Notes: a model not told the origin generated them from the letters alone. DNA of 55,141 nt from an uncultured virus (IMG/VR IMGVR_UViG_3300036770_004513) (IMGVR_UViG_3300036770_004513); one strand, 5' to 3'. Positions 44,926-54,032 are shown, counted from the stretch's first letter. Made by a program: numbers and translations.

Positions 44926-45741
44926 CTGGTTTAGGTCAGCGTATTCGTTCAACAGATAAAAAATCTCTTGGATAGACAGGGCCTCAACAAAGGCAACATT
45001 ATTATAAAACCTAGAGAAATCAACCGACTCTAGGGCATTAAGAACCCAATCATTATTTAATTTTAAAAACATCTGCGTTGTGTTCGGTTCTCGTTTAAAG
45101 TCAGTCTTGACCTTTCCACAACCTCTACCAAAAATGGTCAAAGAAACATCTGCATCATCTGGGGTAGTTTTTGTGATGTATCCGCGATCTTCAATAACAA
45201 CTTTTTCTCTTAAGGTTTCTTTTTTCTGCCACACCTGAAAAATGGTATTAAGCTTTCCTTTTGAGCGTTTTTGAGTGGTGTCGTGAATAAAATCTACTTT
45301 CAATTCAACATCTTCTACCAGATGGAAATGATAATCTAATTTGTTTATGATAGACCATTTTCTCCAGGATTTTGGTACTAAAAATCCTATAACATTAGAT
45401 ACTTCAGCACACTTATTGAAAAATGGAATTGATAATTTATTGGCCCTACCAAAAGGAGGGTTTGATAAGGTTATGCAATTTTTTAGATGGCTTAAATCCT
45501 CAGTTAAAAAGTCCTCTGTTTTTAAGACTAATTTATGTTTCGGTTCAATATCATAAGAAATGATTTCATTATGACCATTATTCAATAAGACATCAATAAA
45601 GACCCCTGTTCCTCCTGCTGGTTCTAACCAAACAGATTCTGTATTTGGAACAAAGGGTTTAATTAAATTATAACAATGGAGAGCGGTCTCAGGTGGGGTA
45701 TAAAATTGCTCTTTTCCTGTTACTCTTTTGTTTTGTTGCAT
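44923..45741 (-). CDS. Putative DNA adenine methyltransferase (gamma-like motif order)
   Basis: EQFYTP, WLEPAGGTGVF (motif I), LSNPPFG (motif IV). Confidence 0.85.
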   Translation of the reverse strand: MQQNKRVTGKEQFYTPPETALHCYNLIKPFVPNTESVWLEPAGGTGVFIDVLLNNGHNEIISYDIEPKHKLVLKTEDFLTEDLSHLKNCITLSNPPFGRANKLSIPFFNKCAEVSNVIGFLVPKSWRKWSIINKLDYHFHLVEDVELKVDFIHDTTQKRSKGKLNTIFQVWQKKETLREKVVIEDRGYITKTTPDDADVSLTIFGRGCGKVKTDFKREPNTTQMFLKLNNDWVLNALESVDFSRFYNNVAFVEALSIQEIFYLLNEYADLNQ

Positions 45742-45747
45742 TATTAA

Positions 45748-46275
45748 TTACCAAAAAGTAATCCGGTTTGGATTAATTCTCATTTGTAAATCACTGAAGC
45801 TATTAAGTTTCCAATAATTACCGCTCATCGAGTTATTCGACTTTTGATAAACCTTAACCGCCTTTAGATCATTCTGACCAGTATGGCTGAGACCTTGGGC
45901 TTCTTCGCAAAGTTGAAGACAATTTTCTTTGGTAAATTGATAAATGTCGATCTTATTAGGATGAACGCAAACAAAATGAATGTGTGACCAGTTGTTTAGA
46001 TTAGGGCGAATTTGATTAAACCAAAATTCTCTTTTGATCCCTTGAATTTTAGCAAATGCAATCTTGATTTCACTTTGATTCCCTTGCCCAAAAAGCACGT
46101 TATTAAATTCATCAACAGCACAAGAAATTCCCTGCTCTGATAAGGCAACTTTAACCAATTCAGCAGCAAGTTTATTTTTAAATTGCCCGGATTGGTTAAG
46201 AAGTGGGTAAAGAGTCGAATCTGCCCATCCTGGCCTGGTGGTGTGAGGAATTTTGATTGCGATTTCCTGTTGCAT
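45748..46275 (-). CDS. Putative restriction endonuclease
   Basis: ATG at 46275 inside the right repeat (MQQEIA...); SEIKIAF..FWFNQIRP..HIHFVCVHP resembles type II REase cores; adjacent to a methyltransferase. Confidence 0.5.
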   Translation of the reverse strand: MQQEIAIKIPHTTRPGWADSTLYPLLNQSGQFKNKLAAELVKVALSEQGISCAVDEFNNVLFGQGNQSEIKIAFAKIQGIKREFWFNQIRPNLNNWSHIHFVCVHPNKIDIYQFTKENCLQLCEEAQGLSHTGQNDLKAVKVYQKSNNSMSGNYWKLNSFSDLQMRINPNRITFW

Positions 46276-46362
46276 AATAAGTCTTTGGTAACTGCGGTTA
46301 TCATAACATAATCTGGCTGGGTTCAAACAAAAAGTGGACAGCTGTTGAACTGTCCACTGTTA
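46272..46362. repeat. 91-bp direct repeat, copy 2
   Basis: Matches 44835-44925 with 3 mismatches. Confidence 0.95.
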
Positions 46363-46365
46363 TTA

Positions 46366-46467
46366 TCAACAAATCTGTGGCTTTTTGGCCATAAGTTGTT
46401 GACTTTCTTTTAGCAGTTGTTGCTTTTTAACCTGGGATTGAATGAATTTTACAAAGATCGGTTTCAT
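46366..46467 (-). CDS. 33-aa peptide downstream of the glutamine riboswitch
   Basis: MKPIFVKFIQSQVKKQQLLKESQQLMAKKPQIC; AGGAG Shine-Dalgarno upstream; stop TGA TAA TAA. Confidence 0.7.
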   Translation of the reverse strand: MKPIFVKFIQSQVKKQQLLKESQQLMAKKPQIC

Positions 46468-46499
46468 TTTAAGAACTCCTAATTTAAGTTTACGGTTGT

Positions 46500-46544
46500 G
46501 CGTTGCTTCGCAAGAGCTACTTCCGCTGGTTAAACCAGTCAACG
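46500..46544 (-). ncRNA. Glutamine riboswitch (glnA RNA motif), compact variant
   Basis: CGTTG-A-CTGG(TTTAA)CCAG-CGGAAGTA-GC(TCTT)GC-GAAG-CAACG: P1, P2, GGAAGUA junction and E-loop AGUA/GAA match the glnA consensus. Confidence 0.75.
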
Positions 46545-46865
46545 TTTGATAAAGGTTAAATTATGAGTAACGGGCTGAAACTTTTCAATAAGATAATCAC
46601 ATCCAATTTTAGGATCTACTTTACTACAAGTGTAAATGTCTAGGGCGGCACTACCTTCATCAGGCCAGGTGTGGATGCTAATGTGTGATTCTGCAAGCAT
46701 AAGGATTGCAGTAACTCCATAAGGTTCAAACTTATGAAAGGACGTATTCAAAATGGTGGCCTGACATAAATTGGCTGCACTTGTGATCGACTCAATAATA
46801 AAATCTAGACTATTGAGTTGATCAAAAGAGCAGCCGTAGAGGTTGAGTAAGTAGTGCTTTCCCAT
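46539..46865 (-). CDS. speD: S-adenosylmethionine decarboxylase proenzyme
   Basis: MGKH...HKFEPYGVT...LAESHISIHTWP...ALDIYTC; ESH self-cleavage site. Confidence 0.95.
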   Translation of the reverse strand: MGKHYLLNLYGCSFDQLNSLDFIIESITSAANLCQATILNTSFHKFEPYGVTAILMLAESHISIHTWPDEGSAALDIYTCSKVDPKIGCDYLIEKFQPVTHNLTFIKR

Positions 46866-47050
46866 CAGTTTACAGGAGGGTCTTCTTGGGCTTCTTTGAT
46901 TAGACCTGAGATGTAAGTCTCGGTTCCATCGAGTGTCTTAATAGCAAAAATAGTTGATTTCATAAACTTCTTGGCTTTTTTGTAACGTTTAATAACCTTG
47001 TCCAATTCATCAGTTTTGATTCTGACTTTGGCATCCTCAAATCCACTCAT
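46865..47050 (-). CDS. Conserved hypothetical protein
   Basis: 61 aa; coupled to speD. Confidence 0.6.
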   Translation of the reverse strand: MSGFEDAKVRIKTDELDKVIKRYKKAKKFMKSTIFAIKTLDGTETYISGLIKEAQEDPPVN

Positions 47051-47053
47051 TTT

Positions 47054-47389
47054 TTACAGCCCCAAAAGTTTTTTGTCGGCATCACTCAAAGAAGCAAGGT
47101 CTTTCTTGAGTTGTTGAAGTTTTCTTTCCTTTGCTTTTACTTTCTCTTCTTTTTCTTTCTCCAGTTGTTTCATTCGTTTATTATACTCTTGGTCGGTTTC
47201 ATCTCGATGCTTGTATAGTTTATACACGGTGTATTTATCACCACCATAATCATATTCATAATCACATTCAATCCCCTCCCAACCAGAATCTAATTCTGCT
47301 TGAAGTGAAGTAATAATATCTTCAAGAGAACCTTGAAATACATTATAATACTTTGCGGTTTCTCTAACTTTGATTTTTTTGATAGTCAT
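47054..47389 (-). CDS. Hypothetical protein, paralog family A
   Basis: GSLEDIITSLQAELDSGWEGI...ETDQEYNKRMKQLEKE; C-terminus LSDADKKLLGL. Confidence 0.65.
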   Translation of the reverse strand: MTIKKIKVRETAKYYNVFQGSLEDIITSLQAELDSGWEGIECDYEYDYGGDKYTVYKLYKHRDETDQEYNKRMKQLEKEKEEKVKAKERKLQQLKKDLASLSDADKKLLGL

Positions 47390-47509
47390 TTCAGTTCATT
47401 TGCGAATTCAAAAATTTGTTCACCAGTAATAAGTCCTCTGTATGTATGCGAGTATTATAACACATTCACAGGGCTTGTGGTGTGTCCTTGTGACGGTTTC
47501 TCAAGTGGT

Positions 47510-47791
47510 TTAACCCTCTCCAAAAAATTCATAAGTCATTTCAATATGACCTTCATTTATGGAATTCCAAAAGTTTTTAACTTCTTCAACTCCACCTACT
47601 CTACGAGACCACTGAGACTTATCACAATATAAACTATAAATTCCCAATTTATTAACTGGAACTTTATTTTTTAAATCATCTTCTGTGAGAGTAGTCATGC
47701 GAAAACACCAACTATTAAAAGCAACGAAAAATCTTTTCCAGTAAAATGATTGGGAAAGAAGATTGTCTAAAAGAATTTCAAGTTCATCCAT
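47510..47791 (-). CDS. Hypothetical protein
   Basis: 93-aa ORF. Confidence 0.45.
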   Translation of the reverse strand: MDELEILLDNLLSQSFYWKRFFVAFNSWCFRMTTLTEDDLKNKVPVNKLGIYSLYCDKSQWSRRVGGVEEVKNFWNSINEGHIEMTYEFFGEG

Positions 47792-48033
47792 TTTTAATCA
47801 CCTTAGTCATTTTCTTTACAATAGTTTTCAAATTCCCAACGATGCGCCATCTCTACAAAATCCTTACTAATCAGACAATCTTCAGAACCACTTTCATAAA
47901 TTTTATCCCAATCAATAGGATTTTCTTTGCTCCATTCTTCGTATGATAGTTTAGTCATTTTTGTTCCTTCCATTCAGGTTTTTTGTGTTTGTCTCTGTGA
48001 ATTGAAAATCTTTGATCAGTCATTTTTTCATCA

Positions 48034-48444
48034 TCAAACTCCCAATACTTCTCGTTCTCGTGGGGTAAGTTTATCAAGAATTTTTTGTCGTTCTTTTTTC
48101 ATTTCTTCTGCTTCAATTTTTTGAATATCGGAAATAATAAAATCAACCGCTTCATCAATACTATGAACTTTACAAGTGGTTTCAAAATTTATCCTCAATT
48201 GTCTTACTACCATCTTATGAGCAAAAATTGGTTGAGTAGAACCTTTATAAAACTCAATATCATATTGAATTCCACCAAAGGCAAGTCTAGAGCAGACATC
48301 AGCATAAGCAAATCTTACAAGATAACTTTTATCATCTGCATCAATAGAATGGATTTGGTATCCACACTTTTGCAGTTTGATTGAGGCATCAAAGAATTGT
48401 GTTAGGTTCATGATTGAGGCATCAAAGAATTGTGTTAGGTTCAT
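48034..48444 (-). CDS. Hypothetical protein with duplicated 11-aa N-terminus
   Basis: MNLTQFFDASI twice (exact 33-nt tandem, 48379-48444); C-terminus LTPREREVLGV. Confidence 0.65.
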   Translation of the reverse strand: MNLTQFFDASIMNLTQFFDASIKLQKCGYQIHSIDADDKSYLVRFAYADVCSRLAFGGIQYDIEFYKGSTQPIFAHKMVVRQLRINFETTCKVHSIDEAVDFIISDIQKIEAEEMKKERQKILDKLTPREREVLGV

Positions 48445-48466
48445 TAGGTTTTTTATTCATAAAAGC

Positions 48467-48523
48467 ATTATACTACAAAGTGCATCAGATGTCAAGTGCC
48501 CGTGTTCCAGTTCGTAAAGTGTC
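48467..48523 (-). promoter_or_regulatory. Perfect-consensus sigma70 early promoter with upstream motif
   Basis: GACACtttacgAACTGGaacacgggcac TTGACA-17 nt-TATAAT. Confidence 0.9.
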
Positions 48524-48598
48524 TGTGGTTTTTTTTCTTCTACTCGTTGATACTGAACCCCATTAACGATAACCATTTTATCGTCAAAATACTCAACA

Positions 48599-48790
48599 TT
48601 ATATTTTGGGGGGAGTGCGATGATTACAAGGAGCTTTATTAGTCATTTTGTTTGGGTAATCGACTGGATTTTTTAATTTGAGTGGTGGTTCTTCCATAAG
48701 GTCTTTCTCAATATTAGAGATTGATTTTTCGTATGTGTGTTTATACTGGTTCATAATCATCCAAAAAATTTCCAGTACCTTTGACTTCAT
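48599..48790 (-). CDS. Hypothetical protein
   Basis: Short ORF; start uncertain because it overlaps the upstream ORF. Confidence 0.35.
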   Translation of the reverse strand: MKSKVLEIFWMIMNQYKHTYEKSISNIEKDLMEEPPLKLKNPVDYPNKMTNKAPCNHRTPPKI

Positions 48791-48986
48791 ATGCCCAGTT
48801 TACCACAACAAAATCGTCTATACAATCTTTACTGGTAAAGTTGGCATCCACGTAATCTTTTCCGAATTTCTCGTACATTTTATCAAACCAAAAAGGTCCA
48901 TATTCACATAAGATTTGTTCTTCACTCAGGGTTCTTGTTACATCCATTCCCAGATTAGATGGATAATGATATCGGTAATATTTCAT
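48741..48986 (-). CDS. Hypothetical protein
   Basis: LSEEQIL.EY..FW...CIDDFVVVNWA motif typical of small phage proteins. Confidence 0.6.
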   Translation of the reverse strand: MKYYRYHYPSNLGMDVTRTLSEEQILCEYGPFWFDKMYEKFGKDYVDANFTSKDCIDDFVVVNWAYEVKGTGNFLDDYEPV

Positions 48987-49243
48987 TAGGGTTGAAGCTC
49001 CATAAGAAAACTGTTTTCGGAGTCCTGAGTGTCCGTATAATGAACAACCATCTGTTCTGATTTTACCAAACGTAACACCTTTTCCCAGTTATTCAAGACA
49101 ATCCCCAGATAGGCGGGATTATCAGTAATGTGAACAGTAACACTGGGAATAGTTTGTGTTCCGAAACCATTATCGTGTTTGATACTTCGGATTGTCTTTA
49201 CCGTTTTTATAAGGATTTCAAAAAGATATTCGGGATTCATCAT
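48986..49243 (-). CDS. Hypothetical protein
   Basis: 85 aa; coupled to the downstream ORF. Confidence 0.5.
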   Translation of the reverse strand: MMNPEYLFEILIKTVKTIRSIKHDNGFGTQTIPSVTVHITDNPAYLGIVLNNWEKVLRLVKSEQMVVHYTDTQDSENSFLMELQP

Positions 49244-49418
49244 TTTCCATTGTAGTAAATCTCCTCTTCAGTCCTGGACTTTTTCCATTTGAGGGGTGGT
49301 GGTGTTGTTGGTTTGTTTCGGTTTTCATAAAGTATTCCACCTAACCAAAAAACACCAGGAGCAACTTCAATTTCTTTTGAGAATAAGAACTTTAGAAATT
49401 TAACTATTGAGTTCATAA

Positions 49419-49925
49419 TTAAAAGGTAGTGATTTTATAATTATAAAGTTCTCGCAACTTGTTTAAACAAGCATTATAGGATTTACTTTTAGTTTTTTCA
49501 ACAAAACATCCAACTTTAAAAGGTTGTTGCCAAATCCATTGTTGGGTTTGATTGTCCCAGTAAATGCATTTATAATAAAGATTATCACTCAAATAAGTCG
49601 TCAAGTAGTAACCACTTTCTTTTGGTTTTGTTTCTGGAAACTTTAACCAATCTTCTGCTGGAATGTTTTTATAATTATTAACTATTACTTGCCAGTCCTC
49701 ATAAGAAATTGTGATAAGATTATCAAACTCTGGTGTGAGACGATAAGGCGTCCCATCTTGTAAAGCATTATAACATCTTCTCACGCTATCCGCAAGAGCC
49801 CCTTCAAGGCCCTTGGAGAAGCAGTGAAGAGCAAGCGTTCTATAAGTTGTTAAAGGTTCTTGGTTGAGGAATTCCCCGAAGTGTAGAGCATTAATAAGTT
49901 GTTGTTCTTTGTCTGAGTATTTCAT
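49419..49925 (-). CDS. Hypothetical protein with DUF551-like C-terminal motif
   Basis: WLKFPETKPKESGYYLTT...YWD. Confidence 0.55.
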   Translation of the reverse strand: MKYSDKEQQLINALHFGEFLNQEPLTTYRTLALHCFSKGLEGALADSVRRCYNALQDGTPYRLTPEFDNLITISYEDWQVIVNNYKNIPAEDWLKFPETKPKESGYYLTTYLSDNLYYKCIYWDNQTQQWIWQQPFKVGCFVEKTKSKSYNACLNKLRELYNYKITTF

Positions 49926-50119
49926 TAGAGTTTCTCCAGTTTCTCACACAATTCTAGCACATCAGCACACATAATCACAGAATCAACGGTAGCCCCCTTT
50001 TGGAGTTGGTTGATTGTCTCACGGAGAGCAGCAGCAACACCATCACGATGCCAGTATGTTCTGTCTTGTTGATGAGAGTTCCAGAATGCTTCCATTACTC
50101 TTCTTTCTGTTTTAGTCAT
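49925..50119 (-). CDS. Hypothetical protein
   Basis: VAAALRETINQL...VLELCEKLEKL; resembles 51338-51574. Confidence 0.55.
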   Translation of the reverse strand: MTKTERRVMEAFWNSHQQDRTYWHRDGVAAALRETINQLQKGATVDSVIMCADVLELCEKLEKL

Positions 50120-50475
50120 TTTCTAATTCCATTCTTCAAGAGTTCTTCCATCGTCTCATCAGGCACAATTGGGGTGTTTCCACCATAATTATCACCAAAC
50201 CTAAATTCATCAAGTTCTTGAACATTACTCTCAATCAAACGAATGTTGTTTTCAATTTCGCCTCGCAAATCGTAAAAATAATCCTCGGCAAGAGAACGCA
50301 AAAATGTATCATAATCCTTTTGTGTGGGTTCTCCTTCTTGGCCTGAAGTTTCTTCCTCCCACATTTTCAAGAACTTATCTACGGAAAGTTTGCATTCAAT
50401 AGAAATGTATGCGATTTTAGGAATGATAGGATTAGTCATAAGGTTTTCTGTGCGTATGAGAGTATTATAATCCAT
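50116..50475 (-). CDS. Hypothetical protein
   Basis: 119-aa acidic ORF; start uncertain. Confidence 0.5.
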   Translation of the reverse strand: MDYNTLIRTENLMTNPIIPKIAYISIECKLSVDKFLKMWEEETSGQEGEPTQKDYDTFLRSLAEDYFYDLRGEIENNIRLIESNVQELDEFRFGDNYGGNTPIVPDETMEELLKNGIRK

Positions 50476-50852
50476 CAGAAGGGCAGCTGGGCCGTGTGAG
50501 AGGCTCTTTGAGAACTAGCCCCTAGACCCAATAGTTCTCTTTCTTCATCACTCAAACGAGCAATCAGTTCTTGTCGTTTTTGTTCTTTGATTTTCTCTTG
50601 CTCTTTTTCTTCCAGCATCTCATCAAGCTTATTCATCCAAGTAAGAAAATCCCATCCACCATTATACGCATTACTCTCATTTGAATTGTGGATATAAACT
50701 TTCTCATAAGAATAATCTTTGTATTCGCCAACATACCGATAATCGGTGAATTGAATGGTGTACCCCGAGGTTTCTTTAACAATTTCATATTGAATATCAA
50801 GTTTTTCTGCCTTTGAGAGCATTTCAAGAACTTGTGTTGCTGTGATAGTCAT
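50475..50852 (-). CDS. Hypothetical protein
   Basis: First gene after the promoter at 50876; contains LIARLSDEERELLGL. Confidence 0.6.
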   Translation of the reverse strand: MTITATQVLEMLSKAEKLDIQYEIVKETSGYTIQFTDYRYVGEYKDYSYEKVYIHNSNESNAYNGGWDFLTWMNKLDEMLEEKEQEKIKEQKRQELIARLSDEERELLGLGASSQRASHTAQLPF

Positions 50853-50875
50853 AAAGTTTCTGTGTGTTTGGGGTT

Positions 50876-50931
50876 ACTATACCACAAAAAGAGGACCTGT
50901 GCAATGCCCGTGTTCCAGTTCGTCAAGTGTC
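50876..50931 (-). promoter_or_regulatory. Early-type promoter with upstream motif
   Basis: GACACttgacgAACTGGaacacgggca TTGCAC-17 nt-TATAGT; upstream part nearly identical to the 48.5-kb copy. Confidence 0.8.
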
Positions 50932-51337
50932 TCTAAAATTGCTTTAAATCACATCTATCTACAAAGCATAATCAATCATTATTAAATCCAATGTCTAGAT
51001 AAGTTTTTCCATCATAAAGGTCATTGTATAAATTAAAACTGAATTCACCCCTATGTACTTGAAATTCAAACCCATCATTAAGTTGAACTTCCAATTCTGG
51101 AGAAAACTGTTGTAATTTCTCAATCAGTTCTTTTACTTTCATTCCCATATCAAGTCGTCTTTTTGAGTGTTCATTCTGCTTTCACATTACCACTGGAGTT
51201 ATAGTGTTTAAGAGCAAGATTAATATCACACCTACAAGAAATAATTGTAGGTAGTTTATGTTATCCATTATTCTCTGCCTCTTCTCTTGAGGGGAAGGAT
51301 GCTACAAATTTATTATGAAGGTAAAGTGAGAAAACTT

Positions 51338-51574
51338 TCATAGTGCCTCCAACTCAGTACAAATAGCAGAAATTTCCGTTAAGCAGTCATCATAACCATT
51401 TACATAAGAAGCACTAGAATTTTGCCTCCAGTAATCACCATCAAGTTTCTCACGGAGTTTTTCAAGAACTTCTTTGAGTGCCCAAGCAGGGTTATGTGAT
51501 TGACTATTTACAAGAACCTCCAAGAGTTCTTGTGCGTTTTTTTGAGAAGTCATTTGGGGTTTTGGTGTGTGCAT
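51338..51574 (-). CDS. Hypothetical protein
   Basis: 78 aa downstream of a TATGAT -10 element. Confidence 0.55.
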   Translation of the reverse strand: MHTPKPQMTSQKNAQELLEVLVNSQSHNPAWALKEVLEKLREKLDGDYWRQNSSASYVNGYDDCLTEISAICTELEAL

Positions 51575-51670
51575 ACATCATACAACATTTAATGCCCCTG
51601 TGGAGGGGCTAGGAGACGGTTTAGAAAGTGTCCAATTCATCAGCTTTGATTTTGGAAACCTGAAATCCAC

Positions 51671-51988
51671 TTATTTTCGCCTTTTCTTTTTCTCAGGTGG
51701 TGTATAACCCCATAATTTTGGGCTTTTACGACCATAACCCAATTCAATCTTCAATAACCCAGAACCGAATCTATCATAATACAAATCAAAAATGTTTGTC
51801 ATCTTACTGGATCGACAAAGATCATAAATGGTTTCTTCCTTTGTTTGATACATTACAACATAGGCATCAGTTGGAAGTTCTGGGTTTTTAATTTGATCAA
51901 CTGGTACCTTATGTTGGAGCAGTTGGCAATTATACTGTTGCGGAACAGTATTAATTTCTTCAGTAGTCCATCCCATCAGCGGTCCCAC
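51671..51988 (-). CDS. Conserved cyanophage hypothetical protein
   Basis: LPTDAYVV.Y...DL.RS...IFDLYYD...GYGR.SPKLWG. Confidence 0.7.
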   Translation of the reverse strand: MGPLMGWTTEEINTVPQQYNCQLLQHKVPVDQIKNPELPTDAYVVMYQTKEETIYDLCRSSKMTNIFDLYYDRFGSGLLKIELGYGRKSPKLWGYTPPEKKKRRK

Positions 51989-52572
51989 TGAACATCAGGA
52001 TAAGCCTCACGAATAAGATCAAAAGGTAGGGGATAACGACTGGTTAGATTCTTATCCTTTGTTAAGATAATAATCTCAGCCTCTTTGGGATGAAGACCCT
52101 CTAGCATGTTAATAAACATCGTCTCACGGCGGATGGATGAAAGTTCATCATTACCACCTCGAATGAAATTATAAAGAATCGTGAATTCCTTACGGAGAGA
52201 TGTTTTTTGATTGGATCCCAGATAATCAGTCATCTGGTCTACATTGATTTGTTTATTGACAGTCTCAGATAGGGTATCATTACCAACAGCAAGTTCTTTT
52301 AAGGCGGCGAAAGGTACCTCACCCTCAGGTAAGGCAGATACAAGGGATGGCACATAATTCCAAAGGAACACCGCAATAATACTATCGTGACGGTATTCTT
52401 GCAGGACTTCGATTTTCTTTGCCTTTGTTTTTTGTTTGCACGCCAGCTCTAAAACCTCAAACATAAAAGGATTAGGTTGGAGTTTTTCTGGTGGCTTTGG
52501 TGCGGGCTTTTTACGGGGGGTTTTTGGTTTGGTTGATGTAGTCACATCAGCGGTTGCAGTTGCCATAGTCAT
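51976..52572 (-). CDS. Conserved T4-like phage protein
   Basis: KKIEVLQEY...SALPEGEVPF...LYNFIRGGN...RRETMFINMLEGLHPKEA. Confidence 0.75.
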   Translation of the reverse strand: MTMATATADVTTSTKPKTPRKKPAPKPPEKLQPNPFMFEVLELACKQKTKAKKIEVLQEYRHDSIIAVFLWNYVPSLVSALPEGEVPFAALKELAVGNDTLSETVNKQINVDQMTDYLGSNQKTSLRKEFTILYNFIRGGNDELSSIRRETMFINMLEGLHPKEAEIIILTKDKNLTSRYPLPFDLIREAYPDVQWDR

Positions 52573-52590
52573 TTTAAGAATTTAGATTAT

Positions 52591-52833
52591 TTAGTCGTCA
52601 TCATCGAGTTCGTCTTCATAAGACAATTCGGAGTCGTTTTCAACCCTAATTGCAATAATATCCGAATCTACGATAAGTTTTCCTGTTTCTCTATCCCATA
52701 GTTCAGGATGAGACTTATAGATGGGTTTGTTTTCCTCAAAGTATTGTCTTACGAGATAACCAACAATAATGCCAATAGAAACGAACGATACTAATACAAG
52801 AAAGCTAAGAATTAATATTGTGGCTGCTAACAT
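52591..52833 (-). CDS. Small membrane protein
   Basis: N-terminal TM helix, HPELWDxxG motif, acidic tail. Confidence 0.65.
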   Translation of the reverse strand: MLAATILILSFLVLVSFVSIGIIVGYLVRQYFEENKPIYKSHPELWDRETGKLIVDSDIIAIRVENDSELSYEDELDDDD

Positions 52834-52982
52834 TGGCGGATCTCCTTTTTGGTTTTAAGTGAAACTCAAAACGAAGATGGATTTCCTTATTAAAAAGAGA
52901 AGCCATCTTACTCCATTTCAAACTAAAGATGGTGTCCTCCTTTTTTTGAGTTTGGAGCATGAATTTCAGGCCCCTATCAATC

Positions 52983-53342
52983 TTATTTAGCTGCGACATA
53001 AGACTTTTTCTTTCTACCGGGCTTTCGTTCTTTAATGTAGATTTTAAACCCTTCAATAATCTTAGTGAAATAGTCAGAAACTTTTTTTGCATCGGGTATT
53101 GAGAGAAAACCGTATGCCTCTGACAAATAGGCAGCCTCATCATCCTGGCCGCCTTTGGCTAGTGAATCAAGGTCATTAATGTAGGAATAAAGCTCTTGGA
53201 ATAAAGGGGATCTTAGGACTTCCTGGGCATCGACCCTTCGTACTTCTTTAATTTTTAGATAAGAATAAGAGTTCAAGACAAACTTATTCTGCAGAAAGGC
53301 AAAATCAATTGCCTTCTGAATGTCATGATAAACTTCATCCAT
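52983..53342 (-). CDS. Conserved hypothetical protein
   Basis: AIDFAF..KFVLN.Y.YLK...GG..LSEAYG...ARK-like pattern. Confidence 0.65.
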   Translation of the reverse strand: MDEVYHDIQKAIDFAFLQNKFVLNSYSYLKIKEVRRVDAQEVLRSPLFQELYSYINDLDSLAKGGQDDEAAYLSEAYGFLSIPDAKKVSDYFTKIIEGFKIYIKERKPGRKKKSYVAAK

Positions 53343-53345
53343 TGT

Positions 53346-53579
53346 TCAGATTAGATTATTTTCTTTCAGAAACTTAATCGTTTCGGTGCATCCGCCAAGG
53401 TCTTGGTTATTATAAACAACTTGAGGAAATGTTGAACCCTCACCAAATTGGTTATAGAACTCATCTTTTGTGAAGTCCTCATTAAGGGTATAAACCGTAT
53501 GGGTAAACCCCTTAAGTTCCATAACCTGTTTAATTTTTACGCAATAGGGACACCCTGGTTTAGAGTAGATAACAAACAT
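53346..53579 (-). CDS. nrdC: Glutaredoxin
   Basis: IYSKPGCPYC...TFPQV...GG. Confidence 0.9.
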   Translation of the reverse strand: MFVIYSKPGCPYCVKIKQVMELKGFTHTVYTLNEDFTKDEFYNQFGEGSTFPQVVYNNQDLGGCTETIKFLKENNLI

Positions 53580-53815
53580 TATTGATTAGATAGTTGTTGG
53601 ATTCTTTGTTCTAGATCAGAAATCTTTTTAGTCTTTCTTTCTTGCTCTTGTGCAGCCTGCTCTTCCTCTCTTGCTTTTTGTTTTGCTTCTTGTTGTTCCC
53701 GTTGCTGACGTTCTTTCTCAAGACTTTGTTGTTTTAAGGCTTGCTGCCGCTCGATGTAACGAATTCTTAAATCTTGTGGCGTAAGCTGTTCGTAAAAACT
53801 TCTGAACGTCTTCAT
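53579..53815 (-). CDS. Coiled-coil hypothetical protein
   Basis: MKTFRSF start; Q/E/K-rich. Confidence 0.55.
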   Translation of the reverse strand: MKTFRSFYEQLTPQDLRIRYIERQQALKQQSLEKERQQREQQEAKQKAREEEQAAQEQERKTKKISDLEQRIQQLSNQ

Positions 53816-54032
53816 TAGTAGTTCGTGGGCTCGGTGTAAGACTCATAATCGCCCTTACCAGAAAGACTTTTGACCAGTAACTCAGTAAATAACTCTTGTT
53901 TTTCAGGAACAACAGAGAATGGATTTTCACTAATCGCATCTTTTAGATGTACTAGCTCGGTCCATTCTTTTTTACTTAGTGTGTCAATCATTATGGTAAG
54001 GGTGTATTATAATAAAGAGGAAGGAATTGGAA

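Noticed and set aside
46276..46326. N-terminal extension of the 192-aa ORF (start 46326 in the ORF track)
   Set aside because: This stretch lies inside the promoter repeat. The ATG at 46275 matches the start position used in the other repeat copy.
52805..53143. 112-aa ORF as listed
   Set aside because: Its 5' half overlaps the better-supported 52983-53342 gene in another frame. Only the 3' part (from MSQLNK or MLQTQK) may be a real small gene.
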